From: Octopus sinensis
Taxonomy: Eukaryota
Assembly: GCF_006345805.1 (NCBI RefSeq)
Contig: NC_043005.1
Span: 44,020,001-44,084,000 of the forward strand
Direction: 5' to 3'
Length of the DNA: 64,000 bases
In this document: in pieces, positions 25,408 through 40,190 of the stretch
Position numbering within the stretch: position 1 is the stretch's first letter
How the letters are laid out: the number at the start of each line of letters is the position of its first letter
Position numbers and translations under genes: made by a program
Notes under the pieces: model-generated
The model's input: only the letters and a program-made list of their open reading frames with translations
Told to the model about the DNA's origin: nothing
Database searches by the model: none

Positions 25408-25443
<36 letters not shown>

Positions 25444-26679
25444 TTTGCTCTCTCTCTTTCATGTTCTCCTTCAGTCATAGTGGTTCTTAAATCTTGTGCT
25501 TTCAAAGGTGTCTCGAAGAGTGCTGGTTCCACAAAGAAAAGCTTCAAAGACACTCTGTAATATTTGGCAATAGGAAAGATGTCCAGTCACAAAAAAAAAA
25601 CATGTCAAAACTGAGACACAAGAATATGGTACAACATAGCCCTCAATATGGTACAACATAGCCCTCTATCTTATTGGATCTTGAATCATCCAACACATGC
25701 CATCTCTGACTATGGTACTACTTACTAAGCTGTAGTAATCATATGAAAGCAAAACTGTACATATTTTATCTTTCTTTTGAGCTACTAACTAGTCCTCTCC
25801 TTGGAACTACTACTTTGTGTTACCTGCCCCACATTCTTAATATTATCCCTTACTATTCTGCCAAGGTCAGCTTTGGCTTTCATCCTTCCAGGGGTCAATG
25901 AGAGTACCTATTGAGCACTGGAGGTTGATGTAATCAATTTAGTCCCTTCACCTGAAACTTCTGAACCTGTGCCAAATTTTGAAACCCATATTATCACTTA
26001 CTACTTTGCCGAAAAGTTCTTTCACTTTCCATATCTGCTTCTGATTCACTCCCCCACCTTTGTTTGTCACTCACTATTTCCCTCCCTACATACCTCTCAC
26101 TTCAGCTTCTGTCATGTGCATCTCTCTCTTTCTCTCTTTCCCTCTCCTCCCCCACCATTCATACTTCGTGTCATCTCTCTATTCCTCATCTGACTTTGCT
26201 TGTATTGTTGCTCTCCACTCCACCTTTCTTTGTACTGATTCCTACTCCTACTCCTCCTCTTCCTCCTTCTTGATTCACATCATCGACCACATCTTCACCT
26301 GTGCTCCTGATTTACTGCTTTCACTTCTATCCCCATCTCTAACCATCTGTCACTCTCCTATCACACTCCCACGAACTTACCTGCCCACTCACCCTTTTCT
26401 GGGCACCAGAAAAACCAAATTCAGATATAAATAGTACTGCTGATGACGACAATACACACACACACACACACACACCACACACAAACACACATACACACAT
26501 ATATATGTATGTATGTATGTTTATATGAATGCATGTATGAATGTAAAATTGTATGGACATATGTATGCATGTATGTATGTATGTATGTATGAACGAAAGT
26601 ACATATATATGTATATTTAAAATAATAAAAGTGAAAAATTGAATATTAATTTGATTAATATTAATTTAAAACCAGTGGG

Positions 26680-26884
26680 CTAACATTTTATGTATATATG
26701 TATATATATATATGCATACATATGTATGTATGTACGTATGTACATATGTACTTATGTATGTATGTTTGTATGTATGTATGTATGTATGTATGTATGTATG
26801 TATGTATGTATGTATGTATGTATGTTTGTATGTATGAATGTATACATATATGAATGTATGCACGTATGTATGTATGTATGTATG

Positions 26885-26915
<31 letters not shown>

Positions 26916-26945
26916 GTATGTATGTATGTATGTATGTATGTATGC

Positions 26946-26978
<33 letters not shown>

Positions 26979-27025
26979 TGTATGTATGTATGTATGTATG
27001 CATATATGTATGTATGTATGTATGC

Positions 27026-27083
<58 letters not shown>

Positions 27084-27538
27084 GTACATATGTATGTATG
27101 TATGTACATACTTATGTATATATGCACATGTGTGTGTATGTACATGTGTGTATATCATTATTCAGTTTATTTCAAGATTTCTTGCCTATAGAGAAAGAAC
27201 TGGTTTCTAACCTAGATTCAAGGTTCTGTCATTTGAATTTCAACATCAATAACAGAGTATTTTGTTTGTATGTATGTATATATGTATGTATGTGTGCATG
27301 TGCAAATATGTATGTTTTATGTTTGTATACTCATGCATATAGTTGCATATCTAGACATGCTCATATATATATTTAAATGATAAACTTGTATGTATGAATG
27401 TATGTATATATGTATGTATGTAGGTATATATGTAATACATATGTATGTATGTATGAATGTATGTATGAATGTATGTATGTATGAATGTATGTATGTATGT
27501 ATGAATGTATGTATGTATGTACATATGTATGTACGTAC

Positions 27539-27569
<31 letters not shown>

Positions 27570-27650
27570 TGTATGTATCTATGTATCTATGTATGTATGT
27601 ATGCATGTATGTGTGTATGTATGTGTGTATGTATGTCTGTATGTATGTGT
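26680..27650. repeat. (TATG)n arrays flanking an R4/Dong-like 3' UTR (27155-27387, minus strand)
   Basis: 27155-27387 is the reverse complement of the 15690-15963-type terminus (ttcaagatttcttgcc..ggtttctaacctagat..caacatcaa). Confidence 0.8.
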
Positions 27651-27849
27651 GCAGAAGCACATGACTTAATCTTTAAGGTATAGCACTCATGATCACAAGA
27701 TCGTGGTTTTGCTTCCCAGGCTAGCAGTGCATTATGTTCTTGAGCAAAATACTTCATTTCATGTCAGACCAGCCCACTCAGCTATAAATCAGTAGCCCTA
27801 TGTCAACATGAAGCTACAATAGAAGGCACCTACTAAATTCCGTCAGTTA

Positions 27850-28128
27850 CGACATCAAAGGTTCCAGTTGATCCAATCAGCAGAACAGCCTGTACATGAA
27901 ATTAACACATGTGCCCCTAATGTGGCTCTCAGGGAGATTCAGCATGACACAGAGTGTGACAAGGCTGGCCCTTTGAAATACAGGTACTACTCATTTTTGC
28001 TAACTGAGTGAACTAGAACACTGTGAAATAAAATGTCTTGCTCAAGGACACAATGCATTGCCAGGAATCGAACTCACAACCTTAAGATTGTGAGCCGAAT
28101 ACCCTAACCACTAAGCCATGTACCTTCA
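27850..28128 (-). mobile_element. SINE family A
   Basis: ggaatcgaactcacaacc..gtgagccgaataccctaaccactaagccatg is the reverse complement of the tRNA-like head. Confidence 0.75.
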
Positions 28129-28429
28129 CAAAAGACTCCTACAGTAGGATCAAACCCAGACATCTAGAATCGTATACTTGCAGAGCTTTGTGGGAATGAT
28201 TTTAGTGTTTCACATCACCAATTCTGAACTCTTTCACCATCGTTACAAACAGTGTACGTTACAAATCTCATTGAAAATTTCTTTGAGAGTGTGGTACCAA
28301 ATGTTGAATGATTGCTGTTCATTGTAAATCTTTTATTATTGAAATTAAGCCTTGCTTCCTCTTTCACTGACCATTTTCACATCTCTCTTTTATTCTTATC
28401 TCTCTCTCTCTCTTTCCCTTATTCTCTCT

Positions 28430-28484
<55 letters not shown>

Positions 28485-28989
28485 TTCAATTTCTCTTGCA
28501 ATCTCTCTCAGCCTCTTATTCTTTCATTCTCTCCTTACTCCTACCTTACTTTCTCAATTTCCATATTCAGACCATTAATTCTAACAGCTTTCATTCTTAA
28601 AATTCAGGTAAAATTTTCATGAAGATTCAAAAGAATTATTCTTAAGAGAAATCTCCTAAGCCATTCTCCTGAGATCATATGTTGGCAAGAAACACTGTTC
28701 CAACAGTTCACAGAGATGAATTATAACGGCGAAAACTAACTGCAAGTCAAAGTACGAATTAAAGTACAGGTGGACTGAAGAGAAGCTATAGAGGGAGTAG
28801 GGTAGGGAGGGTAGGGAAGAATGCCTGAAGGAAAGAAACAGAAATGTCAACTTAGATTTACATCAATGACAAGACAAGAACAAATGTTACCCTATGAAGA
28901 TGTTCCTGCCAGAGTGTGACATTTACTTATTGCTGTAGACAAAAATAAATATAGAGAAAACTCCTAGGGCTACCAAATTTTTCAAAAAA

Positions 28990-30443
<1,454 letters not shown>

Positions 30444-30445
<2 letters not shown>

Positions 30446-30636
30446 GGAGTAAACACATAAATGTGAAACAAGGTGGATAAAAGAGTACTCAAATACCAGT
30501 GGTAGAGTAATATGCTTTATTTAAAGCAGCAGAAAATTCAACAAAATCTGTTACTCTGAGTTTCTCGTTGCCGTTCAACGGCAACGAGAAACTCAGAGTA
30601 ACAGATTTTGTTGAATTTTCTGCTGCTTTAAATAAA

Positions 30637-30637
<1 letters not shown>
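30444..30637 (-). mobile_element. (TA)n-flanked fold-back element; perfect 123-bp palindrome with HHR 3' half
   Basis: 30515-30575 is the reverse complement of 30577-30637, with a 1-nt loop (C30576). Each arm has ACG-GCAA-CGA-GAAAC-UCAGA-GUA-ACAG. Confidence 0.85.
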
Positions 30638-30675
<38 letters not shown>

Positions 30676-31822
30676 CATACACATATACAGGGTCTGATGG
30701 GTAATTGTCGCCATTTTATACTTTTAATTTTGCACATGTGCATTATTTGCTTTTGAATTTGTAGACTACACAGTATAGTAGAGTCTGCTGGGCACTGTCT
30801 GTGAGAAAAACAGCACTATGACACAATTCACTCTTCTGGTGTGTGCATTGCAAATTATGAATTAAAATACAAAGCAGTACAAATATTAGCAACATTGTAT
30901 AAAAGCCTGGCATGGAACAAAAAAATAATAAGAAGGTACTGAGTGTGAACTTTGAGAAGGCAAGATATTCTACATGCCTTACCATTTCTATTAACAGAGC
31001 ATCAGAATAAAAATGTCTTGAAGAATTTCCTCCAATTTCTTCCACTTCATTACATTCTCAGTTCAGATTCTATCAAAATCAACTTTGTCTTTCATCATTT
31101 GAGGGTTAATAAAATAAAGTACTATTCATGTACTGGGGTCAGTGGTATCTAAAAATCCCTATTCCTTTGAAACTGCTGGCCTTTTATTACCTTGATTAGA
31201 AACCATTATAAAAGTGTTATAGAGAGACAGTTTATCTTGAAGCTTCTTGTTATCCATCCACAATCACAAATTAAAGCATCTCACCTTCAAACTGGGAACC
31301 TCTACTATTCAAAATATGAATTTACAGCACAAATTTGATTATGCCTTCCAGTCAAGTGCCCACCCCCATTCACGTTCTCACTTCTAGTATTCTCCTTTCC
31401 TCCTCCCCCTCTGCTTCCTTTATCAAGATTTCCCTAAAATCCCGTTATGTAAATTTGTGCGTATGTTTATAGTCATGTACGTATGAGTGCATATCCTCAC
31501 ATTTTCTTGTGTGACGGAGTACATGCACAGACTATAGGCACAAGCGTAGCTTTGTGGTAAGAAGTTTGTTTCCCAACCATATGATTCTGGGTTCAGTCTG
31601 CATGGTAACTCAGGCAAGTGTCTTCTGTAGTTTTGGGCCAACCAAAGCCTTATAAGTAGATATGGGAAGCAAAAACTGAAAGAAGCATGCAATATGTATG
31701 TGTATACATACATACATACATACATACATTCATACATATGTAACGTGTACATATATATATATATATATATATAACGGGAAGCTTTATGAAAATAAACAAA
31801 ATACGAAGGCAGGTGGAATACA

Positions 31823-31858
<36 letters not shown>

Positions 31859-31864
31859 ATGTGA

Positions 31865-32585
31865 GTTCATGGCTGTTTCCTGCACCGGCTTCACATAGAA
31901 GCCACAGCCCTTCCAAAGTGCCTTGGATCGTAGGGCGACCTACTGTGCTTGAGGAGACCTACTGAGTCAAGTACGTCAGCATCAAAAATGAAATGGAAAT
32001 TGTGGTTGCGATATCTGTGCTGGTGGCATGTAAAATGCACTATCCGTACGTGGCCGATGCCAGACCCACTTTGACTGGCTTCTGTGTCGGTGGCACGTAA
32101 AAAGCACTAACCGATCATGGCTGTTGCCAGCCTCCCGTGGCACATAAAAAGCACCTTCTATACGTGGCTGATGCCAGTGCCGCCTTGACTGGCTTCTGTG
32201 CTGGTGGGATGTAAAAAGCACCAGCCATTTGTGGCTGTTGCCAGCCTACCCTAGCACCTGTGCCAGTGGCACCTAAAAAACACCATCCGTATGTGGCCGA
32301 TGCCAGCGCCACCTTGACTGGCTTCCGTGTCGATGGCACATAAAAACCACCAACCGATCGTGGCCATTGCCAGCCTCCCCTGGCACCTGTGCTGGTGGCA
32401 TGTAAAAAGCACCCACTACACTGATGGAGTGGTTGGCATTAGGAAGGGGATCCAGCTGTAAAAACACTGCCAGATCAGACTGGAGCCTGGTGCAGCCTCC
32501 TGGCTTCCCAGACCCAGGTCGAACCGTCCAACCCATGCTAGCGCGGAAAACGGACGTTAAACGATGATGATGATGATGATGATGA
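31865..32585 (+). mobile_element. RTE 3' UTR with ~7 minisatellite units and (GAT)n tail
   Basis: ggcacgtaaaaagcac units; ends gcggaaaacggacgttaaacgatgatgatg. Confidence 0.8.
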
Positions 32586-32600
32586 TATATATATATATAA

Positions 32601-33332
32601 AACTAATGCAAATAATCATAAAATGGAGAAAACCTCAGATTACCAAACACATCGATTGGACCACATTTATAGATTACTTTTTTATACAAAGCATGGCATA
32701 ACAAACAGGTGATGAAACATATCTTAGGTCCATATCCGATCAGTTGCCAAAATGCTGTCTATAAATAAATGTAAGAATAATGTTCTCCATCTTCATAGGG
32801 CATTCGAATTAAGGCACAGAGCTTCATCAGAGTAAAAAACTTATATACATTCTCTTGATAACTTCTTTTTTTAAATACCTTCCCCCACCCACAACCACCA
32901 CTTTAAATTGCATCAACTTGTTTATAAATAGTGGTATTCCCTAGACCACTCCTAGCTCTCTCTTTTACCTACAGACTTCGTAGCCTCTGACGGTAAATTA
33001 TTTGCTTTTAACATATTGGGCTTCTAGATTTTTTGTCTAGGCCATGTTTTCTTTCCTTTTCCTTCTTCCCTTTGTTTATATTGTATACCCTTGTTTTTTA
33101 CTCTGATGAAGCTCCATGCCTTAATTCGAATGCCTTATGAAGATGGAGAACTTTATTCTCACATTTATTTATAGGCAGCATTTTGGCAACTGATCAGAAA
33201 CAGCTGTAAGATATGTTACATCACCTATTTGTTATGTTATGCTTCGTATTAATTAATAAGCTATAAACGTGGTCCAATCGATGTGTTTTTCAATCTGGGG
33301 TTTTCTCCATTTTCTAATTATTTGCATTGGTT
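32601..33332. repeat. Imperfect ~240-bp inverted repeat with HHR half-motifs
   Basis: 32601-32840 vs 33093-33332, about 80% by eye. CTGATGA at 33103 and GAAAC-AGCT-GTA at 33197-33208. Confidence 0.75.
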
Positions 33333-33514
33333 CCTGATAAACTCTTGTTTACCCTGTTGTTACCTGCACTCTACATGCTTGGTGTGCCTGCATACCAATT
33401 CCTGGGGATAACACAGGTAACGGATACCGATAGTATATTTGGATATTTTATTCCTTCATTGGTTATTCTAACCACTAACTCTGCTTACACTGTGTGTGCG
33501 TGTGTGTGTTTGTA

Positions 33515-33556
<42 letters not shown>

Positions 33557-35503
33557 TTCCTCCACTCTGCCATCTGGAAACTGGGGTTGGTTTCTTTCTC
33601 TCTCCCATAACTTAGTAGTTTGGCAAAAGAGATTGATAGAATAAGTACCACATTTAAAAAAATAAGTACTAGGAGTGATTTGCTTGACTAAATCCTTCAA
33701 AGGGATGCCCCAGCATGGCCGCAGCCCAATGACCGAAACAAGTAAAAGATAAGAGTCAGAAAAGATTCTTGTGTTTGCATTTAAGTTTGTACCACAGAGT
33801 GTATGTGTGTGAGAGCCCATGAAGGATAGCATTTATATATAAAGTCTATACTGCTGGTTTATATTCGATCATTCTTTACAATTTTCTTCAGCTGCCTTTA
33901 TTTTCTAGGAACAGTTTTGCTCCATATTTCTTTACTTCTTCCCCCAACTACTACTAACCTTTTTCAACCCTTCCTTTGTCTTCACTTGAGCTTCTCATCA
34001 GCTTTGTTTAACGATTCATCTCTCTTTAGTTTCCCTCTCCCATTCTTAACTTCCTCCATTTTCATTCCTCTCACTCTCCACTCGCAACACCTCTCTCTCT
34101 CTGACCTTCTTCCCATTCTCTCCACATATCACCCTCTCTATTGAATATTTTTTCCATGAATCCTTTTCCCTTTTTTTTTTTGATATTTCGGAAATGTCCT
34201 CTGGCTGAGTGCATATTCTTTTGTCTTCCTCTACTTTCACTTTCTGTTTCTCCTTCCACTCTTAACTTGGACATTATCTCTTACTTCTACCCAATTTCAA
34301 CCATTGACTTCTTCCTCCCTCCCCAGCCCTACTTCCTCTCTCCCACACTTTCATCCATTTCAGTGCTCCTGACTTCTCACTCCCCTTATATCACTTCCAT
34401 ATCCCTCCCCATCACTCCAAACATCACCCCAACTCGCACACATCCTTTGCCTCAACTTCTTTCTCCTTTACTAATATTCAGCCAAATTGATAAGGCCAAT
34501 TTCTCTCCCCGCTCCTTCCCATTTTTCTCTCTTTCTCTCTCTCTTTCTTTTCTCTTCACCCCTCCCCTTTTCTCTGTGCCTCTCTTCCTCATTCTCATAC
34601 AAAGAAAAGGAGCCTTCCCATATGTTAGATTCTTCATTCTTCTCAGCCACTCAATTTACCAAACTCTTTTACAAACTTTCTAATTCTTTTAAGTACACAA
34701 AAGGTTTGGAATGATTGTTATATAAATACTCAACCAACCCGAAGACTTGGGTTCATGAGCCTCAGACCATAGCAGAAGTTAAAAATTATTTCAGTATTCA
34801 TCTTGAGGAATCAGTTTGGTACCTCAGCTTCTGTCTGGAGTAACTCGCATCTTCTAAGACTGAACCCAAGTCATATTCATTTCAAAGCAATTACTTCCTC
34901 ACTCAACCTCCAAGAAATAGCAGTCAAATCTCCATCAAATCACACTTTACCATCTTAAAAAGAAAGTACATCTTTCATCTTTTACTCATTTCAGTCATTG
35001 GATAGCAGCCATACTCTGATACCTCTCTAAATGGTTTAATCAGACAGATCAACCCCAGTACATTTTTTTTTCTTGTAAGTTTGGTATTTACTCTACTGAT
35101 CACTTTTTGCCAAACCACTGCGTTACATGGACATGAATGAACCAACACTGAATGTCAAGTATGGGGTAGGAGACAAACATAAACACAAAGATATACATAC
35201 ACACATACATACATGTATGCACACACAAACATCCACACACACACACACACACATGCACACACACACAAACACACACACACACACACACACACATGCACAC
35301 ACACACTTAGAAGTTTCACCCAGCTAAGCTATCATCGGATAATGGCTTAGCTGGCCGAAACTTCAAAGTCACAATCAACAATATTCTTGTATAAGGATAG
35401 TAAATTTGTACTCTACAAAAGTATAGAGTAACCAACCAGATTAATGTAAAATTGTTTTTATAACTGAAACAAACGTTATTATTTTATTTTTTTTATTTTA
35501 TAT

Positions 35504-36070
35504 GGCGCAGGAGTGGCTGTGTGGTAAGTAGCTTGTTTACCAACCACATGGTTCCGGGTTCAGTCCCACTGCATGGCACCTTGAGCAAGTGTCTTCTACT
35601 ACAGCCTTGGGCCGACCAAAGCCTTGTGAGTGGATTTGGTAGATGGAAACTGAAAAGAAGCCTGTTGTATATATGCATATATATATATATGCGTGTGTGT
35701 GTTTGTGTGTCTGAGTTTGTCCCTCTAGCATTGCTTGACAACCGATGCTGGTGTGTTTATGTCCCCGTTACTTAGCGGTTCGGCAAAAGAGACCGATAGA
35801 ATAAGTACTGGGCTTACAAAAAGAATAAGTTTCGGTGTCGAGTTGCTCGATTAAAGGCAGTGCTCCAGCATGGCCACAGTCAAATGACTGAAACAAGTAA
35901 AAGAGTAAAGAGTATAGGTGCAAGCATGGCTGTATGGTAAGAACCTTGCTTCCCAGCCACATAGTTTCAGGTTCAGTCTTACTGCATGGTGTCTTGGGCA
36001 AGTGTCTTCAATCCAACCAAAGCCTTGTGAGTGGATTTGATAGATGGAAACTGAAAGAAGCCCATTGTAT
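35504..36070 (+). mobile_element. SINE family B, full copy plus second partial copy
   Basis: ggcgcaggagtggctgtgtggtaagtagcttg..ggttccgggttcagtccc head; ends ctgaaacaagtaaaaga at ~35905. Confidence 0.85.
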
Positions 36071-36139
36071 TTGCCCCTAGGTTTAAATTGTTAATGGGCC
36101 ACATATATTATAATATATTTCATATATTATATTATTTTA

Positions 36140-36171
<32 letters not shown>

Positions 36172-36424
36172 TTAAAAATTAAGGGTAGAAATTGATATTA
36201 GTCAATTAAAACCAGTGGTCTAGCACATTAAAAAGAATCCGAAGATTAAAATATTTATATATACCAATTAAGGACTGAACACGAAAAGGTGGACAGTCAA
36301 CATGCTAGATATAGACGTCAAATCGCCATTCTCCACAAGGATTATGTTCTCAAATAAAAATAAAATTCAGCACGACCTAAAGCAATGGATGAGACAAAAG
36401 AAATATACTAAATGGAATAATTAC

Positions 36425-36484
36425 CTACGTACTGCAGTTTCAGCTATTAATATCACAAGGATATCTGTAGCTTCATCAGCGTAG
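36425..36484 (-). ncRNA. Type I hammerhead ribozyme, intact
   Basis: Exact reverse complement of 36898-36957. Predicted cleavage between 36430 and 36429. Confidence 0.9.
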
Positions 36485-36897
36485 TTTGTTAAGAGCATAA
36501 TATGCTGTACTAGATGAAAAACGGTACCGGAGTCCCGCATGCAAAAAGTACAACCTATTACGTTCGGATGTATCTTTCGAATGCCTCTACTTTTGGCACG
36601 CTGATAATCGAAAAACTAGCCTGCAGCCAATAATTAGCAGCAGTCAATTTATCGGTTTGAGAACATATATTTCATATTTAAAAATTAAGGGTAGAAATTG
36701 ATATTAGTCAATTAAAACCAGTGGTCTAGCACATTAAAAAGAATCCGAAGATTAAAATATTTATATATACCAATTAAGGACTGAACACGAAAAGGTGGCA
36801 TTCGAAAGATACATCCGAACGTAATAGGTTGTACTTTTTGCATGCGGGACTCCGGTACCGTTTTTCATCTAGTACAGCATATTATGCTCTTAACAAA

Positions 36898-36957
36898 CTA
36901 CGCTGATGAAGCTACAGATATCCTTGTGATATTAATAGCTGAAACTGCAGTACGTAG
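36898..36957 (+). ncRNA. Type I hammerhead ribozyme, intact
   Basis: CUACG-CUGAUGA-AGCUA(...AUAUC/GAUAU...)UAGCU-GAAAC-UGCA-GUA^CGUAG. Perfect core, 5-bp stems I and II, palindromic ACUGCAGU stem/loop III. Cleavage predicted after 36952. Confidence 0.9.
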
Positions 36958-37824
36958 GTAATTATTCCATTTAGTATATTTCTTTTGTCTCATCCATTGC
37001 TTTAGGTCGTGCTGAATTTTATTTTTATTTGAGAACATAATCCTTGTGGAGAATGGCGATTTGACGTCTATATCTAGCATGTTGACTGTCCACCTTTTCG
37101 TGTTCAGTCCTTAATTGGTATATATATATATATATTTATTGGCCTGCTCACTTAGCCAGTGGGGTGGCGTCATTTGAAGGCTAAAACAATGCGAAACGCA
37201 TTGTGACCAGCGATGTGTGTAGCAGCATTTGATAGCCTGGTCAATCACTGTGATCACGGTGGTGATATATATATATGTGTGTGTGCGTGCGTGTGTGTGT
37301 GTGTGTGTGTGTATCGATATATGTATATATCTATGTGTGTCTTGTGTTGGTGCGTTTGTGTCACCGTAACTTAGCAGTTCAGCAAAAGAGACCTATAGAA
37401 TAAGTACTAGGCTTCAAAAATAAGTCCTGGAGTCTATTTGCTTGGATAAAATCCTTCAAGGCAGTGCTCCAGCATGGCCACAGTCAAATGGCTGAAACAA
37501 GTAAAAGAAATAAAAGAATTTGTCACAATATATCACTAAGCAGTTCGCTCGGCGTGCTAACATTTCTGCCAGCTTGCCGCCTTCTGTACAATTTCTGTCT
37601 ACCAAATTTACTTACAGGTTATTGGTTGATCCTGGACTTTAGTAGAAGATACTTGAGATACTTGGCCAAAGTACCACACAGTGGGACTGAATCCTGAATC
37701 TAAAATCATGTGATTGCAAAGCAAGCTTCTTAATTACACAGCCATACTTGTACCTATTAATTAGAAAAATATGGAAGGATTCTAATAATTGTTTGTACTC
37801 TTTGCACAGGGGCCACATGATAGG

Positions 37825-38075
37825 CTTAGTGGAGGTGCATGGCTTAGTGGTTAAGGTGTTGGATTCATGATCATAAGACTGTGGTTCCAATTCCTGGACC
37901 AGGCGATGTGTTGTGTTCTTAAGCAAAACACTTCATTTTACATAGCTCCAGTCCACTCAGCTGGTAAAAATGAGTAACCCTGTAACAGACCGGTGTCCTG
38001 TCCAGGTGAGGAATTTATATGCCATGGACACGAACCCTTATGAGTTGGCATGAGTCAAGAAGGTAACCTTTACCT
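37825..38075 (+). mobile_element. SINE family A
   Basis: ggaggtgcatggcttagtggttaagg..ggttccaattcc..gctccagtccactcagctgg. Confidence 0.8.
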
Positions 38076-38142
38076 TTTACTTACACCATAGGCTTGGGAA
38101 CAGAGGGTGCAGGGGATGTAGGTGTACCCACTAAAATATTTG

Positions 38143-38293
38143 TTAGGCAACGAAAATGCTTTGAACATCCTCCTGAAAAAACTGGGTTTGCATCTTCAAA
38201 GTAAATTTTGTTGCTGCACTTCTGTCTCTTTCCAACTTTAGAATATGTACTGCTGAAGCAGCATTGACTGATGTTGTCTGAGCTACATTATGC
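38143..38293 (-). CDS. Possible terminal coding exon of an unidentified gene
   Basis: Pyrimidine tract plus AG acceptor (38295-38294), then one open frame HNVAQTTSVNAASAVHILKLERDRSAATKFTLKMQTQFFQEDVQSIFVA*. No partner exon and no recognised homologue. Confidence 0.25.
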
Positions 38294-39639
38294 CTAAAAA
38301 AAAAGAGGAGGTTGGTCATGACTGGAACATTTCTGATCACAAGTCTGATCATTCTGGACTGGTTTGGGGAGTTATAGAACAACTAATGATATACTGTATC
38401 CTCACCATAGCTGTTACTTGAGTACCGTATGATCTCGAAGTAGACTAAAGTACAGGGTATACAAATTATCGGAATATAATCATTATCATTGCTAAATGAG
38501 GCTTCTCATAAAGAAAAGAACAAAAATAACATCACATTAAAATTTGTAGAACATCACCATAACATGTGTAAAATATGTGTGAAGATTAAAAGGTGTTGAA
38601 CATCAGCAGAACATGTATAAAAATCAATTAAAGATTAATGATTCATATTTCAATTTAATTTTCAGAAGTTTGATATATTGATAGTAAGCGATGCATTTAC
38701 TTTCAATCGTATGAGCCGCGAAATTGTGATCGCTCCATCAGAAGTCATGGCTAATTGCTCAAGATATCAAATAATAAATGTTGGACTGTGATTGCTTTTA
38801 TTGGATATGCCATTAATTGTGAAACCATCCATGAAGTTGCTGATTATAACCAATCAAACCATTGATGAAACCACTGATTATAACCAAATTTTATACTTCT
38901 TGTCTGTAAAATAAACACTATAAACAGGTACAGTTGATATGTGGTTTAAACCACACAACACAGTTATTGCAATACACATATTACTTCATTTTAGGCTGGC
39001 GTAATGGTAAATAGTTACTAATCCTGATAGAAGATATACAATTTAGTACTGAGGAATTCAATTAGCCTTGGTAGCATTTACAAATCTAACTAGATCTGTA
39101 GAAAGGTTACGCACGCACATAAACACACACACAAACACACAAACATGCACACATGCATGCAGACAATCTATCTATGTATTAAAAGTTCATCGCCAATCTT
39201 CTTTATCCATGTGGAATTACTATGAAAGAGAAAGGAGTTTCTAGAATTTATTATAATTTCCAATCTACTTTCATTTATAGTGGTGAAGATCTTGCTGAAT
39301 TCTATTGCTAGGAATTGAATTTATTACAAACTAGTGAACCAACAACAAGAATTAATATCAAAAGGCAGAAATATAAACGAATACTACCTCAAGCACTTTA
39401 TTCAAATACAAAATCTAGAAATTCAAAATTTATAACAGTGAATTGTTGGATGTTCTGTTAAATATGTACCTACGCAAGAACACTATATTCTGTAAGTATA
39501 TAACATATTCGCAGTTAACAAAAGGAATCTCTACATAGTCACTCTACCTGCAAGATATAGCAGCCAAATATTCCTTAATTCACAGACTGCTATTTTAAAA
39601 ATAAATGGATACAATTTTCAATTACAAGGATGCATAAAA

Positions 39640-40190
39640 TATTGGGTTGTCTGGAAAGTTTGTGCCGATTTATAGTAGCTTACTTTTTGACATGGTTGAG
39701 TCCATAAAATAGGTCTTGACTACACCTCCATTTAGAGAACAGTTTCAGCTATATTTTTGTGGAAGAAGGTTTATGTTCCTATGACCTGTGTTAATTCTGT
39801 ATCCCTTTAAAATGGAAGATAAGAAAAAGTTCATTTTCGGCACTTGATGCTTTGGGAACCAGACAAAAATTGCTGCAGCTCGGCTGGGATGTGTTACCCC
39901 ACCCTCCATATTCACCATATATTGCCCCTTCGGATTTCCACTTATTCAGATCTCTGCAGAACAGTCTTAATGGTAAAAATTTCAATTCCTTGGATGATGT
40001 AAAAAGATACCTTGATGAATTCTTTGCCATGAAACCACATCAATTCTGGGAAGAGGGTATTTTCAAGTTAAAGGAAAGATCGAGACACATTGTGCAACAA
40101 AATGGTTCATATTTGGTTGATTAAAAATGTAATGGCAAGTATTTATTGACCTTTTTCTTTCCTTTAAAAATCGGCACGAACTTTCTGGAA
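39640..40190 (+). pseudogene. Internally deleted mariner transposon
   Basis: ORF 39852-40124 has LGWDVLPHPPYSPYIAPSDFHLFRSLQN (mariner YSPDLAP.D motif). TIR-like ggaaagtttgtgccgattt / aaatcggcacgaactttc. Confidence 0.9.

Larger units (their letters stand above)
36168..37126 (-). mobile_element. Young non-coding HHR element (retrozyme/pLTR-like): 506-bp monomer, 125-bp direct repeat and 330-bp inverted copy
   Basis: 36168-36292 equals 36674-36798. 36256-36585 is the reverse complement of 36797-37126. TA-rich flanks on both sides. Confidence 0.85.

Noticed and set aside
25623-25666. 22-bp exact tandem duplication (also 15-bp at 22291 and 9-bp at 13944)
   Set aside because: Ordinary replication slippage with no further structure.
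28891-28932. Minus-strand exon-like segment (MSHSGRNIFI)
   Set aside because: It has plausible splice sites, but stops in all frames unless it is a start exon, and no downstream exon was identified.
30677-31040. TACAGGGT start suggesting a Tc1/mariner-like element
   Set aside because: No matching second TIR or transposase motif was found.
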